DNA of 63,543 nt, filler included, from Cercozoa sp. M6MM (Eukaryota > Protista > Endomyxa: Ascetosporea), in assembly GCA_040357565.1 (NCBI GenBank). It is 9 parts of 9 records of this genome, joined end to end, with 100 filler letters (N's around TTAATTAATTAA, not from the genome) between each part and the next. Parts side by side here need not be neighbours in the genome. Positions count along the whole stretch, not along the records: positions 12,524 to 32,390 come from JBDODJ010000202.1; positions 32,491 to 41,308 come from JBDODJ010000510.1; 7 more parts are not named here. One strand, 5' to 3'. Shown one piece after another: positions 23,274-38,492 of the stretch (positions are counted from its first letter, which is position 1; each line of letters starts with the position of its first letter). Both the position numbers and the translations under genes were made by a program. The notes below the pieces were generated by a model, which worked only from the letters and a program-made list of their open reading frames with translations, searched no databases and was not told where the DNA came from.

Positions 23274-23810
23274 CCAATCGGGTCACCAGTGCCATGAGCT
23301 GCGTTCTAGAGTGCTCGTGCGCGTTGGATATACGCCCAGCATGAACGTTTCAAAAGATTAGAAGGATCTCTGCTCAAAGTCCGAAGCCTCCCGACCCACG
23401 CGGGTGCAACGTGAGCCGAAGTGCACGTGCGGTGAGTGCTAGTAGTACGTACGGTAACACAAAAATAGTCACTAAACGATCGTCGCGCACTTCGGACGCC
23501 GACCTTAAGTCAGTCTAGCTTTCGTTCGAGTCGTTGCATGCCGTGCACATGCAAAGTGACAGGATGATTCCGATGTTTTCATGCTCGATTGCACGTGACG
23601 CAAGAATGTGCCCACCGTCGATTCGCGTGGTCTGCCATTCAGTTGCAAGTTTCATCTTCTGTGATGCATGCATAGACTAGAAAATAAAGTCAAGACTTTG
23701 CCATCATCTATTATACCTCAACTGGAACATGCTGCAGTAACTGCTTGAAATCACTCAATGAGGTCAAGCCTCGTCCTTCACTCTGCACATACGAACTACC
23801 TCAACTAGCC

Positions 23811-24579
23811 ATGAGTATTGACAGGCAGTACGGAACCTTCAGGAGAGCTTCGCGCATGGCAAAACGCCATGCCAAGAATCTCAGTCGGTCCACGCGGAGG
23901 CCATATTCTTCCAGTCGGCGATTTTCCGCGACTGTAAAAATCGAAGTCGCTGACGAGACCTACGAGGAAAGTGAATATGTGTTGCTGTCACGACACGGAC
24001 ACACTCTGCATTACCAGTGCATCCAGTCGTGGTCGCAGATACAACACAACATCTACGCCGATTTTTGTGTCTTTGCTGAGTGCAACGACACTCACGACAG
24101 TGTCCTGGATATTACACATCGCTGTGGGCATGCAGTATTCTGAGGGAGGGTACCCCAGTGGACTCATGTGCAAGTGAGACGTGCCATGTGTTCAGTCGAG
24201 GCCGATCACCCTCGAAATAGAGACGTTCGGTGGTAACGTTTAGTCGCTGCAGCATACGGTACAGCAGAGCGTATGTGCGCACTAGAAACAACAGTGAATG
24301 CCCAAGGCAGGGTCATCATGTGCGTGAACGCAAGTGATACTCGAGACATGTCGCTCACTCTCGCTTTTTGCTGCGATTCGCTCCTTTGCACCTACACTCA
24401 TTCGTCTCAGAAACACTACGGTACAGCATCTACAACTTGTTCGAGGTACTGGGGCAAAAGAACTTCTCGGGAACATCGAAACTCCCTCCTGTCTCGAACG
24501 CCAAGTGCGTGCCGTCTATCTCGTAGTATGGCATCCAGTGAGCGTGTGTACAAAATCTAACCAATTGAGCGGCTTTTAG
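23811..24579 (+). CDS. Hypothetical protein
   Basis: An in-frame spliced model is possible (MSIDRQYGTFRR...). No homology motif recognised. Confidence 0.3.
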
Positions 24580-24649
24580 ATCTAAGTACGACGTTGTGTT
24601 AATCTCGAATCGACAGTGATCCAAGTGTCCCCGGCAAGTCCTTTCAGGT

Positions 24650-27600
24650 TCAGTTGTTCAAGTGCACGAAAAGCGACAGCAGTGTGATCACAGCAGCGCC
24701 TGCGACATGAAGTTGGACGACAGCGTTCGGTGCGTTCTCGACAGACAGTGTGCCTTCAATAGCGTGCACGGCACCGCCTGCACATCGACGAGAGTTATAA
24801 GTTTTAAATTGACAGAGAGAAGGGGCAGTATGCGATACCGTCAAACAGACGATCGGAGTGCGTGGCCAGAAGTCGCGTTTTGCCGTTGAAGACAATGGTG
24901 CCGGAGGAGTCCACAGTGACACGCAGGAGCTTTGGTTTCAGCTCTTCGTTCGTCTCGTCGGTGTTGGCATTGCCGTCGCTACCAAGCGCAGACCGGGGTT
25001 GAAGAGTGTCACAGTCATGGACTGAAAAGAGGTGACCTACCCCAGAACCAGCATGGTGGGAACGTCGACGTGCCCTTGGGAACTCGCCTTCACCATGGCG
25101 CGAAGTCGACGCGCACTCAGCAGCGTCGGCAGTGCGTGGTACAGCACCTGCGCATCCGTCATGGCCGACGTGTCGGCACGTGGCGTCGAAGAGTCCAACG
25201 GCAGCAGCAGAGTCACGTCGCGCAACTGTACAGAAACATACTAGTATTGCAGTCCGTGTACATACAGCGTAGCAATGTTTAATTAAAACACACGAGGTCG
25301 AAGCGCGACTTGATCTTGGGCAGCGTGTCGATGCGCTGTCCGACGTTGGCGAAGCCAAATGCAGCATTCAGCAAGGCACGCAGCGGCGGCGGCGGCGTCA
25401 GCAGCGATGACGCCAGCAGCAGGCGGCCGTTGGAACTGTTCTGTTCGCGCAGCAGTTTGACCGAAGCTCCAGTGCCACTCTCCAGGTGTACCTCTGCAGT
25501 ACCAGTTAATACCAGCCACTTTGCAAGGTTTGACATTTGATGGTCCGGTGGGTACCCGTGGTTCCGACGACACGCACGCGCAGGTACTGCGTGGCACCGC
25601 GCAGCGAGAGTCGTGTGGCCAGGAACTCTCCGTCGGCATCAAGCAGCGAGGACACCGAGTGTTCGCCTCGCAGGCAGTGGTAGCGCGCAATGTTGGCACG
25701 AGTCGTGGCATCCACAGGCAGCGAGTTGAGTTCCCAGGCGCCGTTCACAGGAATGGCGAGCGTCGACTTTTCATTCTCCTGTTAACAACGGTAAATTTAC
25801 TTGCAAATGCACGAAAGCGCAACAAGTCAGTCTACAGATATAAATTATTCGGACAATAGCAAATCACACCTCGTCATCCAGGATGGCGTTGAGCGACTTG
25901 GCGTTTGGATTGCTGTCGCTCACCTCGGCCGTGGCACGTGCGACGTCGGCATTGCCGAGGAAGTGCTGCACGAAGGCGTCGGTGGACAGGTCGGCATCGG
26001 TGTCGCCACGCCCCGACATGATGGCATTCTGCAGAACCGTGAGTGAGGCACTCGGCACCAGCAGCGTCGCGTCCAACAGCAACTTGTCCACGATCTGCGC
26101 GCGCACGCCGCTGTCGAAGAGAATGTCCTGAGCCGGAGCTTCGTTGACCAGCATCATCGAGGGCACCGTCTCAATGTCGCCCTCGGCAGCAATACGACCG
26201 CTGCCGTGGAAGGCGAGTTTGTACTCGCTCAGCATGGTCTGTTCGAGCTGCACCTCGGTGCGTGCCGCCAGAATGACGTCGGCCTCCATACTACGAGTCA
26301 CCACCTGTCGTTGCAGCACGTGCGCCACCAGTGACGGCGGCACGAAGCGCAGTGCGTTGGCAGCGGCCTGCCAGGCGTTCTCGCTCGGCCAGAACACCGT
26401 CACGCCGCCCGAGACTTCGTTGCCGATGTTGTCGAGCCATGCTACGAACTGGTCCAGCGACGGTGAGGCCTGCACCATGTTGGCGTCCTCGTGCGAGGCC
26501 GTCAGTGCGTCTCCCGATCCCAGGATGTCCTATCCAGTACCCCTCATCCCATGACTCATAGATCGGTACAGTTTAGTTTACCACGAGAGCATTCGAGGCC
26601 CCCGCCAGGATGCCTGCCGTGGGAGGCGGCGTCAGGAAGCGCGACACCGAGTGAATCACACCGCCGTCACAGGCCAGGTCGACGTCAACGCCGGCACCAA
26701 ACAAGGTCGCCGTGTGCGCGTACGCACGGAAGCCACTGACCTGTCTCAAAGAGAAGAGTCAATAGACTAGCCTTCCGCACTGTAACACAGGGCCATGCAG
26801 GAGGTACCAACGATGGCACGAGTGCGACAGACGACTGTGTAAAGCGTGCCGTCGGGTAGAATTTGCGCGGAGGTGACACACCGAACTGCTGCTGCAATTC
26901 ACCGACAATGTCGAGGCTACTGAGAGCATGATTGGTCACGATGTGTCCCAGGATGTAGTCTTCGACCTCGGCGTCGCTCAGTTCGTCAAAGTCGCTGGGC
27001 CAGCCGGCGGCAGTGTCCAGAGGCACCAGGAAGGTGACACCACCGTCTGTGACGAGACTCTCGATGCGCTCCTTGATGTTGCGTCCGCTCTCCTGCAGCT
27101 GGTTCAACTTAGCCCCGAAACGCGAGGCTCCCTGCCGACGATCAGTCAGTGTGTAGCATGCATACCCATTGTAGTACTGTACTGGTTTAACTATACCGGC
27201 AATAGCAGCAGGTTGCGCCAGCATGTGTTCCCAGGTGCAGCCACCGGCGTCAGGATCTGGTCGACGAAGCTGAGCACGCCGTTCTCAAAGAGCCAGTCCG
27301 AGTAGCCACTGGTTTCGAGGACACGCGCGACGCCGTTGTTGACGGCGAGCGAACCGTCGCTGCGGCGCTGGACCTCGACGCGCAGACTCTCCTTGGGTTC
27401 CTTGGTGATGAGCGAGGCCGCCTGCTGTGCGCCGAGGTCCGACATGTAGAGCAGCTGCGTCGACACGTGGTACAGCACCGTGTCGGCCAGGGGAAAGTGC
27501 CCGGCGTTCAACTGCTGGTAGGCGGCGACAGCGTCATTGACGGGCACGAGCAGAGTGACGCCTGTGTCGGAGGACACCAGTTCATCGCGCTGCGTCTGCG

Positions 27601-29606
27601 TCAAGCGTCGATCGAGCATCTCCTTGAATCCACTACAGTATGCACATATTCTTCCCAAACAAACTAATACGACTACTACACGACTAAGCTGACCTCATCT
27701 CGGGCACCAGCAGCAAGTCAGCCAGCGAGGGCGGCATCGGCAGCACAGCATCGACGACGACAATGTCTCCGTTGACACAAGGCACTGTGGCGACGACGTT
27801 GCCGCGTGCAGCACCCGACTGTACGGCCTGCTGACCCGAGGCCAGCACCATGACGCGTTGACCGACACCAGGGCCAAGTCGCACACGAGTCGCGTCGCTC
27901 ACCTCGTCCTGACTGAGCATGCTCTCGTAGGCGCCGTCCTTGGCGAGCACTCGACCCTTAAGCACACTGAACAACAAGGCATCCTGATCGAGTGTCCACG
28001 TCGTCTCGTTGGTGCTACTCTCGCGCGCCCGCACGGCCAGATCGGTAGCAATCACCAAGGAGATCGGCTCGTCGTCGATGGCGCCGAGCTGCGTCTGAAT
28101 CGTGCCGAGTTTCTGTTGCAGCGCCGACTGACTGCCCGACTGACTACCCGAACCGCCCGAACTGCCTGCAGAGTCCAACAGTGACTGCAGAGACTGCAGC
28201 ACGCGCAGTACGGACAACTCGTGCGTGTCGGTGAGGCCCTGACTGCTCGAGCTGACCTGCTCGTTGAGATCGGCACTCTGCAGCAGCAGGCGACCGATGT
28301 TGGTGTGCACGGTGAACTGCGGCGCAGGCATGCGGCCCTGCACCAGAGCGGTCGGCACGTAGACGCGAGTGATGGTGTGCACGACGCCGTTGATGCAGAG
28401 CTCGTCCATGGCGGCCACGGTGGCAGGAGGCGGCAGTGCGCTGTCGTCGGCATTGACGCCACTCGGCGCTGTCTGCACTGCCTCGGCGTCCATGTTGGGC
28501 AGTACCGTTACCACGCCTGTACACAACAGTAGCATAGGTCGTAGGCAGAGGTAAGAGGGACGACAGTAGGCATAGGTAGTAGGCATAGGTAGAGGTACAA
28601 AGAGTAGGCATAACCAGTAGGCACAGTGACACAAGTACCCTCGGTAGAAGTGTAGGCACGCCACACGCCCATTTCGGAGGCATCAATGGCCACAAGGGCC
28701 TCGTGTGCCTGCGATGCTGACAGAGAACCATCGCTGCCCAGCTCGGGTAGCGCAGGCGACAGTGCCGGCGCAAAGGTCGGCAGCACGTGTCCCAGCAGTG
28801 CAGTCACGAGAACGTCCTGTCCCACGCCGTGCAGAGGACCGCCTGTTCCTGTGGCAGCCGACCATGCCGCTTCTGTCGGCAGGAAGGCCGTGACGCCCAC
28901 CAGCGAGTCGAACATTTGCTTCACCTGGGTGGGACCATCAAATGTTCATATTTACAATACCAGAGACATATATATATATATATCTTGGAGTGTAAGATAC
29001 ACTGTCAGGCAGCACATCCTGCGCCGCGGCAGGCAGGCGCTGCGACAGCGTGGGCACCACCGGGAGCACACCGTCGAGCACGTGAACGACGCCGTTGGCA
29101 CACTCGACGTCGGCGCGAGAGACGGCGACCGACTCGGCGCGCTTCGTGTTGAACACTGCAAAGTCGGCCGTGCTGGCGGCACTTGCTTCCAGTCGCGCAC
29201 CCAGCAGCACGCCCGGCAGCTCGCTCTCCAGAAAGTACACGCGCGGGTCGACCAGGTCCCGCACGGCGAGCGGCAGGTCCTCGGGTGCCACGCCGACCAG
29301 ACCGTCGAAGGCGTCGCTGGCGATGAAGGAGCGGCCGAACACGACGTGCTGTTGCACGAGAGGTGCCAGTTGTTCCAGCGGCAGGTCGCTCCATCCGGCT
29401 GCTGCGATGGCCGAGTCCGAGGGGGCAAAAATCGTCACCGGCGAGGCCTCGAACATGGCGCGCAGACCAGTGTGTTGGGCCACCAGTGTGCCCAGAGAGG
29501 TCTCACCTGCCAGCGTGGTCTGCAGCACGTCCAGACACGAGCTCAGCGTCGACGTGGCCTCCGTGCCGACCAGGGCACTGACGGCCGCTGTCAGCAACCA
29601 ACGCAT
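24650..29606 (-). CDS. Secreted, probably GPI-anchored multi-fasciclin (FAS1) protein, about 8 repeats
   Basis: Signal peptide MRWLLTAAVSALVG. Repeated H1 motifs (VTIFAPSDSA, VTAFLPTEAAW, VTLLVPVNDA, VTFLVP, VTVFWPSENAW, VTLLLP) and H2 motifs (NGVVHVLDGVL, NGVVHTI, NGDIVVVDAVL, NGVLSFVDQIL, GGVIHSV, GGAVHAIEGTL). Terminal hydrophobic tail. Confidence 0.88.
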
Positions 29607-30243
29607 GGATCGCTTGTTCTTTCTGACTGTTTCTTTCTACTGTTTTCGACTTCTTCGGCTGCACAATCACAGGGAGAGTACGTTACATTCAGTTGATATT
29701 GTGCAGACAACTGACACGGAAGCCAAGGCACCAGATCCCTCGTTTCGATTGGCTTCAAAGAAATAGGCAGTGCACTACGTAGAGAGAGCTTCCTCTAACC
29801 TGCAATCGCAAAGTAGTCCAACGTGCGAAGCTCTTACAGCGCGAATTGGCGCGTTACCGCAAGAAACGCTCGGCTGTGTATCCAATTACTTGCACATTGA
29901 CATTCCGCATTTTGCACGGCCGCATTCGTCAGGAAGCGCAATCGGTTCACTTATGGAAGTAAACAACAAGCAAGGATTCCTACTAAAGCTTCAGTATCGA
30001 ATCTTCCTCAAAAACAACTGACGGTCTTCGATTGCAGCTGGACTTCGCTTATCGAAACAGTGTCCGAGCCGGCCCATTGTTCAACGGATGCATGGACAGC
30101 TCAGCAGTTCCTGTCTTATCAGGCTTGAGAGGTTCCTAGTTGTTTTCGAGTCCGCCACGTCGGCCACCGTGTTGCTATTCAATTTTGCGTTGTGTACTGT
30201 ACAAGTTAGCGTAAGAAACGCAGCAGCTAGCGCAGGGAGCCAA

Positions 30244-31581
<1,338 letters not shown>

Positions 31582-31918
31582 GTTGTTGTTGTGTTGTAGA
31601 GTTGTTCAAACAATGAAAAGAAACAAAAGTGCTGTAACGACTCTACCGAAACCGGAAGTTGGCACACGAACGCGTGCCCTGGGAAACCCTGAAGTTTCTC
31701 TTTTTTAAAGCCCGTTTGCCAGTTTCTAGACCGATATTAGCATAAAAACTATAGCTCACATCACAAAAAGCCGACAAAGCCTTATACAACTGAAGATATA
31801 TTCAACTGAACAAGCACAACGAGAAAATGGCGGTTTTCAGGGATCATAAATCACACTGAACTATTGGAGGTTTGCACGAGTGCTCGAGCGTGTTGATGCA
31901 GTTGTGCAGCTGCTTGTA

Positions 31919-32258
31919 ATGTCAGATGTTGGATCGTTTGATGTTGAGGACGGTGCGGTGTCGGTCAGGTGGGGACAATCTCACCTCTTGCGGGACTGTT
32001 TATCGTCAGATGTGTTCAGTGTGTGTTTTTGTTTTGCTGCAGCGATATCGAAGTGTTTCTGCCGAAACTGAAAGCGCCAAAGAAAGTCCCGTTGGTAGCA
32101 CTGTGCTTTGTCTGACCTACTCTGCTGAACGGAGGGAACACCGTGAACGCACAGAACATGCTGACGCTGAAGCCGCGCACCTACACGCTTGTGATGCTGC
32201 TGACATGGTCCGTGCTGTGTCTCGGTGCTTGTCTAGTCGCCTTCGAGGACACTCTGCG
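31919..32258 (+). CDS. 5' exons of a hypothetical gene (truncated)
   Basis: Three short GT-AG-bounded open exons divergent from actin. The reading frame is ambiguous. Confidence 0.3.
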
Positions 32259-32350
32259 GTACCCTTCCTTTCTCCCTGCATGTGTGTGTGTGCGTGTGTG
32301 CGTGTGTGAGTGTGCATGACACACACTCACACACGCACACACACACGCAC

Positions 32351-32390
<40 letters not shown>

Positions 32391-32490
32391 NNNNNNNNNN
32401 NNNNNNNNNNNNNNNNNNNNNNNNNNNNNNNNNNTTAATTAATTAANNNNNNNNNNNNNNNNNNNNNNNNNNNNNNNNNNNNNNNNNNNN

Positions 32491-32547
<57 letters not shown>

Positions 32548-32579
32548 GGCTGTTACACTTTGTGCTACACGCGATGCAG

Positions 32580-32728
32580 GTGGAACATGCGTTCGTTCTG
32601 AGTGCTGAAGCAACGAGGTATCACAGCGCTTTCTGCTGTGTGTTTAATGACATTGTGGATCTGTTCTATTTGACAGGAGGGTGGCGCATGACCTGCTCAA
32701 CATCCTGCAACTCGAGCAGTTCCACTGA
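32580..32728 (+). CDS. 3' end of a gene, possibly an alpha/beta-hydrolase (LDAH-like)
   Basis: Spliced VEHAFVLSAEATRRVAHDLLNILQLEQFH*. HAFVL followed by a helix resembles a hydrolase catalytic-His tail. Confidence 0.35.
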
Positions 32729-33028
32729 CCGTGCGTGAGCAGCAGGCCTACTTAAACAGTCGTCTGACTCTAAGCTCGAGCTTTGTGCTTTACACGAAGC
32801 TTGGAGGCTGGACAGGAGGCCTCCGTAATAGTAATTACTGCTTATAAGCAGCACAAACAGCAACTACGACAATAGATCTTTAACTGAATTTTTGCTGTTT
32901 TGGCAGCACCAAAAATAATAAACCCAACGGAATGTGTGTGTCTCAGCACCAATAGAGCAGTGCACAGGTGTGTGCTGGTAGCAGTACTACATAGAATTAG
33001 TGTTAGAGCACGCAACACTCGCGATTGG

Positions 33029-33988
33029 ATGTACGTGGAATTTTGCATTTTTGGTGGATCTCTCAAAAAAGAGAAGTGGCATTTTCCTTCGGCAGGGACA
33101 CGCGAGTGCAGGGAGTCGTCGTACTCGACAGAGAGGGCCAGCGCGTGCTTTCGAGGCACTACGGTGAGGCTCCGATCGCAGGCAGCGACGTGGAGTCGCA
33201 GCGACGACTAGAGACCTCGCTATTTACCAAGTAGCGCTTGTTTGTGTCCCAAAGCAAAACTGCTGAACAGTCTGTATTTATGTGTGTATGTGTGTGTGTG
33301 TGTGTTTGTGACAGAGTGGTGCGTTCCAAGGCAGCGCTGCATGACGTCGACATTCTTCTGCACCAGCAGGTGTGCTTGCTTGCTGTGTCTCTGCTTGGCA
33401 TGGGCATACATGGCATACACTGACTGCACAGGGCGACAGTGTCGTCGTGACCGCTGCGCGTGTCGTCGAGGACGTCGTGCTGCTCGTACTCGGCGACAGC
33501 AGCGCCAACGAACCGCTGCTGGCCGAGTTCGCCAATGGTACTCTATAGCAGATGCTTGTTCCTTCTAGCCTAGACTATACGCATAGGCTTGTTGGACGCC
33601 TTGAGATTGCTGCTGCACGACGACGTCTCTCGGTACCTTCTGTCCCAGTTACGTTTGTCCTGTTTATCTTGCACTCTCTCGCAGTGCCTCTTTGCTGTCG
33701 CACATGTCGCTGCTGCTCATTGTGCTGGACGAGATGATCGAGGACGGGTACTTTTGGTTTTGACTGGGATGTGCACACGCATACACCTGCCTCCCATGCT
33801 TGACTCTTGGTCTATGGTATGTATGTGTTTTGTCTGTGGGCAGTCTCATGGTCGAAACCGACGGTCACAAGGTCGAGGAACGCGTCAATGCGCCCGGCAG
33901 CGACTTCAGCGCTCCGACCGTCGGGTCGGCCAACGAGCCGACGCTGCTCAACGCCGTGTCGTCGCTGGCGCGCTCCTTCTGGGGATAG
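33029..33988 (+). CDS. COPZ: Coatomer subunit zeta (7 exons)
   Basis: VQGVVVLDREGQRVLSRHY, LETSLFTK, VLGDSSANEPLL, LLIVLDEMIEDGLMVETD and a C-terminal LARSF, all typical of zeta-COP. Confidence 0.88.
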
Positions 33989-34053
33989 ACGCTGCGTGCT
34001 TTCATTTTACTACGACTGGTCTATTTAGCACCCATCAATAGTTTCAGTTCACG

Positions 34054-37000
34054 TTAATTGGAACTGGAACGAGAAGCAGCAGTCGGAGTCTCGGCAAAGG
34101 CGGCCATGAGTTCGGCGTCGTGTGGCCGCGTCATGAAGCGCCGCTCCGTATTGATGTACTGCGAGTACACAAAGGACACGACGTGCGACGACGGCTCCGA
34201 CTTGACGAAGCGTTTCTCACCGGCCTCGTACAATGCGTCGCATCTGTACAGGGGAGTAGAAGGTAAGGTAGGGTGAGGTCTGGGGTGAGGATGGTCTGGG
34301 GTAAGGATGGGAGGGTGTACTCGATGCCGACAACGCCGCGCGTCTTGGTGAACAAGGAAGCAAAGTTGCGTCCTTGATTCTTGAGTTTGTCCTCGGTTTC
34401 GCACAATGTGTCGGCGCTGTAGGAGAAGATCTCGCGCAGGTCCTTGAGGCCAAAGTCGCGACTGTCGTCGAGACAGCTGTCGTCGTCGGCGGCAGCTTCG
34501 TCGCTCTCGTCCTGTTCCTCGGGTAGCACTACGGCACCCACTGTCTTGGTCTCCACCTAGTGGTAAAGCCGGGTAGAGGGTGGGGGGGCGCTAGAAAGTA
34601 GGTGCTAGAGACAAGCAGTACCACAGCATCGGCCATGGCGGTCTTGAAGATCTGCCGCTGGTACATTTTCTCCTCGATGGTACCGGTACTCATGAGTCGG
34701 TACACGTAGACTTCCTTCTTCTGGCCACTGCGCCAGACACGTGCCATGGCCTACAGTCAAGATTGTACGGTCGTATCTTTAATTAAGGGGGTGGGGATTG
34801 GTGTGTACCTGCAGATCATTGGCTGGATTCCAGTCCGGATCGTACATGATGAGTCGATTGGCACCGATGAGATTGAGGCCGCATCCACCGGCTTTGGAGG
34901 ACAGCAGCATCACGCGGATGCCGCTCTCGGCGTCGTTGAACTTGTCCACTATCTTCTGTCGCCTGCACACAGGGTAGGGGGCACCGTAGGGGTATCAGGG
35001 GGGGTGTTGGGGGATGGAGGGTAGGGGTACTTGTTGCCCGGCACAGAGCCGTCGAGTCGCACATGAGTGACAGGCGCCGCCAGACGGTCCAGCACGCGGC
35101 CGACCAGTTCGAGCGTACGCGTGTAGTTGCTCACGAAGACGGTCTTGTCGTCGCCGGTGCGGCAGAAGTGCTCCAGCAGCGAGCATGCCACCCACATCTT
35201 GCCCGACAGTTGAGGCTGCCTCCACACAACCGACATACTTGCGCACACACACACACACACTCACACACACACACACACACACACAGACAAACTCACACAC
35301 ATACACACACATCACACACCTATACATCTAGACATAAAGATATACCCATATCCATTTAAATATAGTAGATATATATATATATATAATAGCAACATCTAGA
35401 TGTATCCAAACATGCTTGGACAGCGGGTACCGCCAGCGCAGAGCGGCCGCCTTTCGTAAACGACTGCGGAAACAACTTCGACATGCCTGCACACAACAAG
35501 ACATCAGCACACCTTTAAACTCCCCCTCAATAACACGCGGATTACCCTGCAGGTGCTTCTTGTGCGACGGATTGGCGTTGTTGGCGCCTTTCTTGCCTCG
35601 CTGTTTCTTCGCCGCCGGCGCGCCACGCTTACCACGGCCACTACGTTCAGTCAAGCGTCCGCGCGGACACATGGGAGGACACAGAGGAGAAACGTAGGCA
35701 GGAAGAAACGCACCTGTCGACTTCAAGGACTGTCTCGCGCAGGAGTTCCGGGTGGTTGACGATCTGCGTCAGTGCGAGGGCACATTCGAGTCCCATGCCG
35801 CCTGGGTGGTCGGGGGAGGGGGGTAGGGGTAGAGGTAGGGCAGGGTAGGGGTAGGCAAGGTAGGGGGTAGGGGCAGGGTAGGTACCAGCTTGGGCGTTCT
35901 CGTCCTTCATGGCCTTACGCACGGCCTTGCTGGACAAGACGTGCTTGTACATGGCACGCTGCAGCGGCGACAGGCGGCAGAACACGACGAGTTCCGTCTT
36001 GGCCGGCAGCACCTGTCGCAGCACGCCATTGTCGCGACGCAGAATGAAGGTGGCGCACATCTTCGTCAGCTCGGCTGATAGTTGCGCCTGTACACGAGGG
36101 GTCAAGGGGGTAGGGACAGGGGCATGGGGGTAAGGATACCGACTTGCGTTTCTCTGCGGCCGAGGCATCCGCATCGCGGCCGCGCACAATGTTGTTGGCG
36201 TACTTTACATAAATAACACACCTCCATATATACATATATATATATATATATATATGTGTGTATATGTGTGTGTGTAGATACAGTAGCAGTACCTTGGCAC
36301 GGAACTCGTTCATGGTGCCGAGTGCGCCGGGATTCACAAAGGATACGAGCGAAAAGAACTCGTCCAGGTCGTTCTGAATCGGCGTGCCTGACAGCAGCAG
36401 TCGCCTGAAGGTGGGGTAAAGGGTAGAGTCGGGTAGGATAGAGGTAGGGTCGGGTAGGGGTAGGGGGTAGGGTAGCGGTAAGGGTAGGGGTAAGGGTAGG
36501 GGTAGGGGTAGCGGTAGGGTTAGGGGTAGGGGTAAGGGTAGAGGGTAGTGGGGTGGGGTACCGCTTGGTGTCAAGCGAGTTGACGGCCCTGGAGAGACCC
36601 GAGTTGGCGTTCTTGAGTTTGTGTCCCTCGTCGCACACGACGACGCCGACCTCGCCGACCTCGTTGACGCGGTCGATGTGCAGTCGCAGTGTCTCGTACG
36701 ACACGATCAGCACGGGTCGTGCGCGTGGCATCTGCGACGAGCGTTTCCAGCCCTCGACCATCTCGATCACCTTGGCGCGGTTGCCCTGCGCCACGTAGAT
36801 GCGGCATGCAGCGGGTCCTGTCCATGCCACCATCATCTTCTGTTTCAACCCAGACTCCCTGTAAGTCTGTATGGATGGGTGGAAATATGGGAATGCACCA
36901 AGCCACTGCACGATCTCCTTCTGCCAGTTGCGCACCAGCGAGGCCGGCGCCACCACGACACAGTTGCGCGCCTCGGCGCCTCCTTTCGGCTGGGCAAGGA

Positions 37001-38326
37001 GGGGACAGGGTAGGGGTAGGAATAGGGTAGGAATAGGGTAGGGTAGGGTAGTGTAGGGTAGGGTAGGAATGGGTAGGGTAGGTTAGGTAGGGTAGGATAG
37101 GGTAGGGTCTGGACAGGGGTAGGTAGGGTATGGTAGGGATACCGCCTGAGTGAGCAGGGTCCACATGACAGCGATGGACTGGAAGGTCTTGCCGAGACCC
37201 ATCTCGTCGGCTAGGATGCAGCCATGGCCGTGCTCGTGTCGACGACCGGTGAGACAGCCGTAGACGAACTCGACGCCGTCACGCTGGTGCGCGCGCAGGA
37301 AGCGCGTGATGCGCGGCTCCAGCACAATGTGCACCTCCTCGTCCTCCTCGGACGTGTTGATCGTGTTGTTTGGGTAGTACAGAATGAAGGCGTTCTCCTT
37401 ATTCGGGTCGTGCAGCGGCCGCTTCTTGCGTCGTCGGCCCATGCCCAGCAGACCGGCGTTGCCGTACAGTGCAAGCCACTCCTCACACACCTCCTCATCC
37501 ACGCCGGCCATACGAGGCGGTCGGAACCGCCGCTTTCTGCCAGTGTCATCCTCGTCCTCTACCGGCTCTATCGGGAAGCGAGGTGGAGGAGGAGCGAAAG
37601 GGTAAACAGGTGGGGTAAAGCACTGTACTGTTCTGCCGTTCGGCAAGTTCGCGCAGCAAGTCGGCGTTTCGGATCTGCTGCGCCGTGAGCGGCTTCTTGC
37701 CCTTGCGCCGTGCCAGGTGCTTGCCTTGCCGCTGCGGCCCGGCGTCCATCTCCTGTTCAGTTGCAACAACACACGCGGTGCAGTGTGGCACACACAAAGG
37801 ATTGAAAGCTACTAAAAGCTACTCAAAGCAACTCAACTGAAAGCAAGTCAACTCAACGAAACAAGTCAACTCAACCGAAAAAGCAAGTCAACTCAGGTCA
37901 ACACAGCACACAAGCTGATCGACCTGAAAAAAGAACAGAAAGAACAGAGAAAAAAACACACGGCAAGGAAAGCGAAGGGATCATCGTTTTCTTTCGAAGC
38001 AGAGGCCGCGAAAGTCAGCGACGCCGAACTGGCCGTTCCCGTCGGACTCAACAGCGAAGCAGAAGAGCCGGTGCTGTCAAAAGAGGAACTCCATCCTGTT
38101 GCATCGGTCGTTTGCGTTGTCGAATGAAGCAGTGGCTTCTTGTTCTTCCGCTTTTTAAGGATTTTCGAGCGATACATTGGCGCTGCTTGCAATCGAAGGA
38201 AACAATAATAAGCCCCAAAACAAAAACTTGAATTATTGGAAAATGTACCCACGCAACGCCGAGAGAAGCGGCAGTTTCCTCACGTGCGATCGCTGAGGTT
38301 ATGTCTGGCAGACTGTCAGGCGCCAA
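34054..38326 (-). CDS. RAD54: DNA repair and recombination protein RAD54 (SNF2 family)
   Basis: [78 protein letters not shown] and [11 protein letters not shown]. Confidence 0.95.
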
Positions 38327-38492
38327 GAATCATTGTTTCGGGTTCTGATGCAAATGGCGGGAAAGAAGCGGTCGTGCCGGCTCGAACAGATTCGCCTCAC
38401 AGAAGTGAGTTAAACCCTCTCCGAGTGTGCCTCGTGTTGGCTTAAATCACTTGATTGGCCACTTGTATGCACGAGAGTGCGTATCGATAAAG

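Noticed and set aside
36421-36560. True chromosome telomere
   Set aside because: The tract is irregular and lies inside a RAD54 intron with coding exons on both sides.
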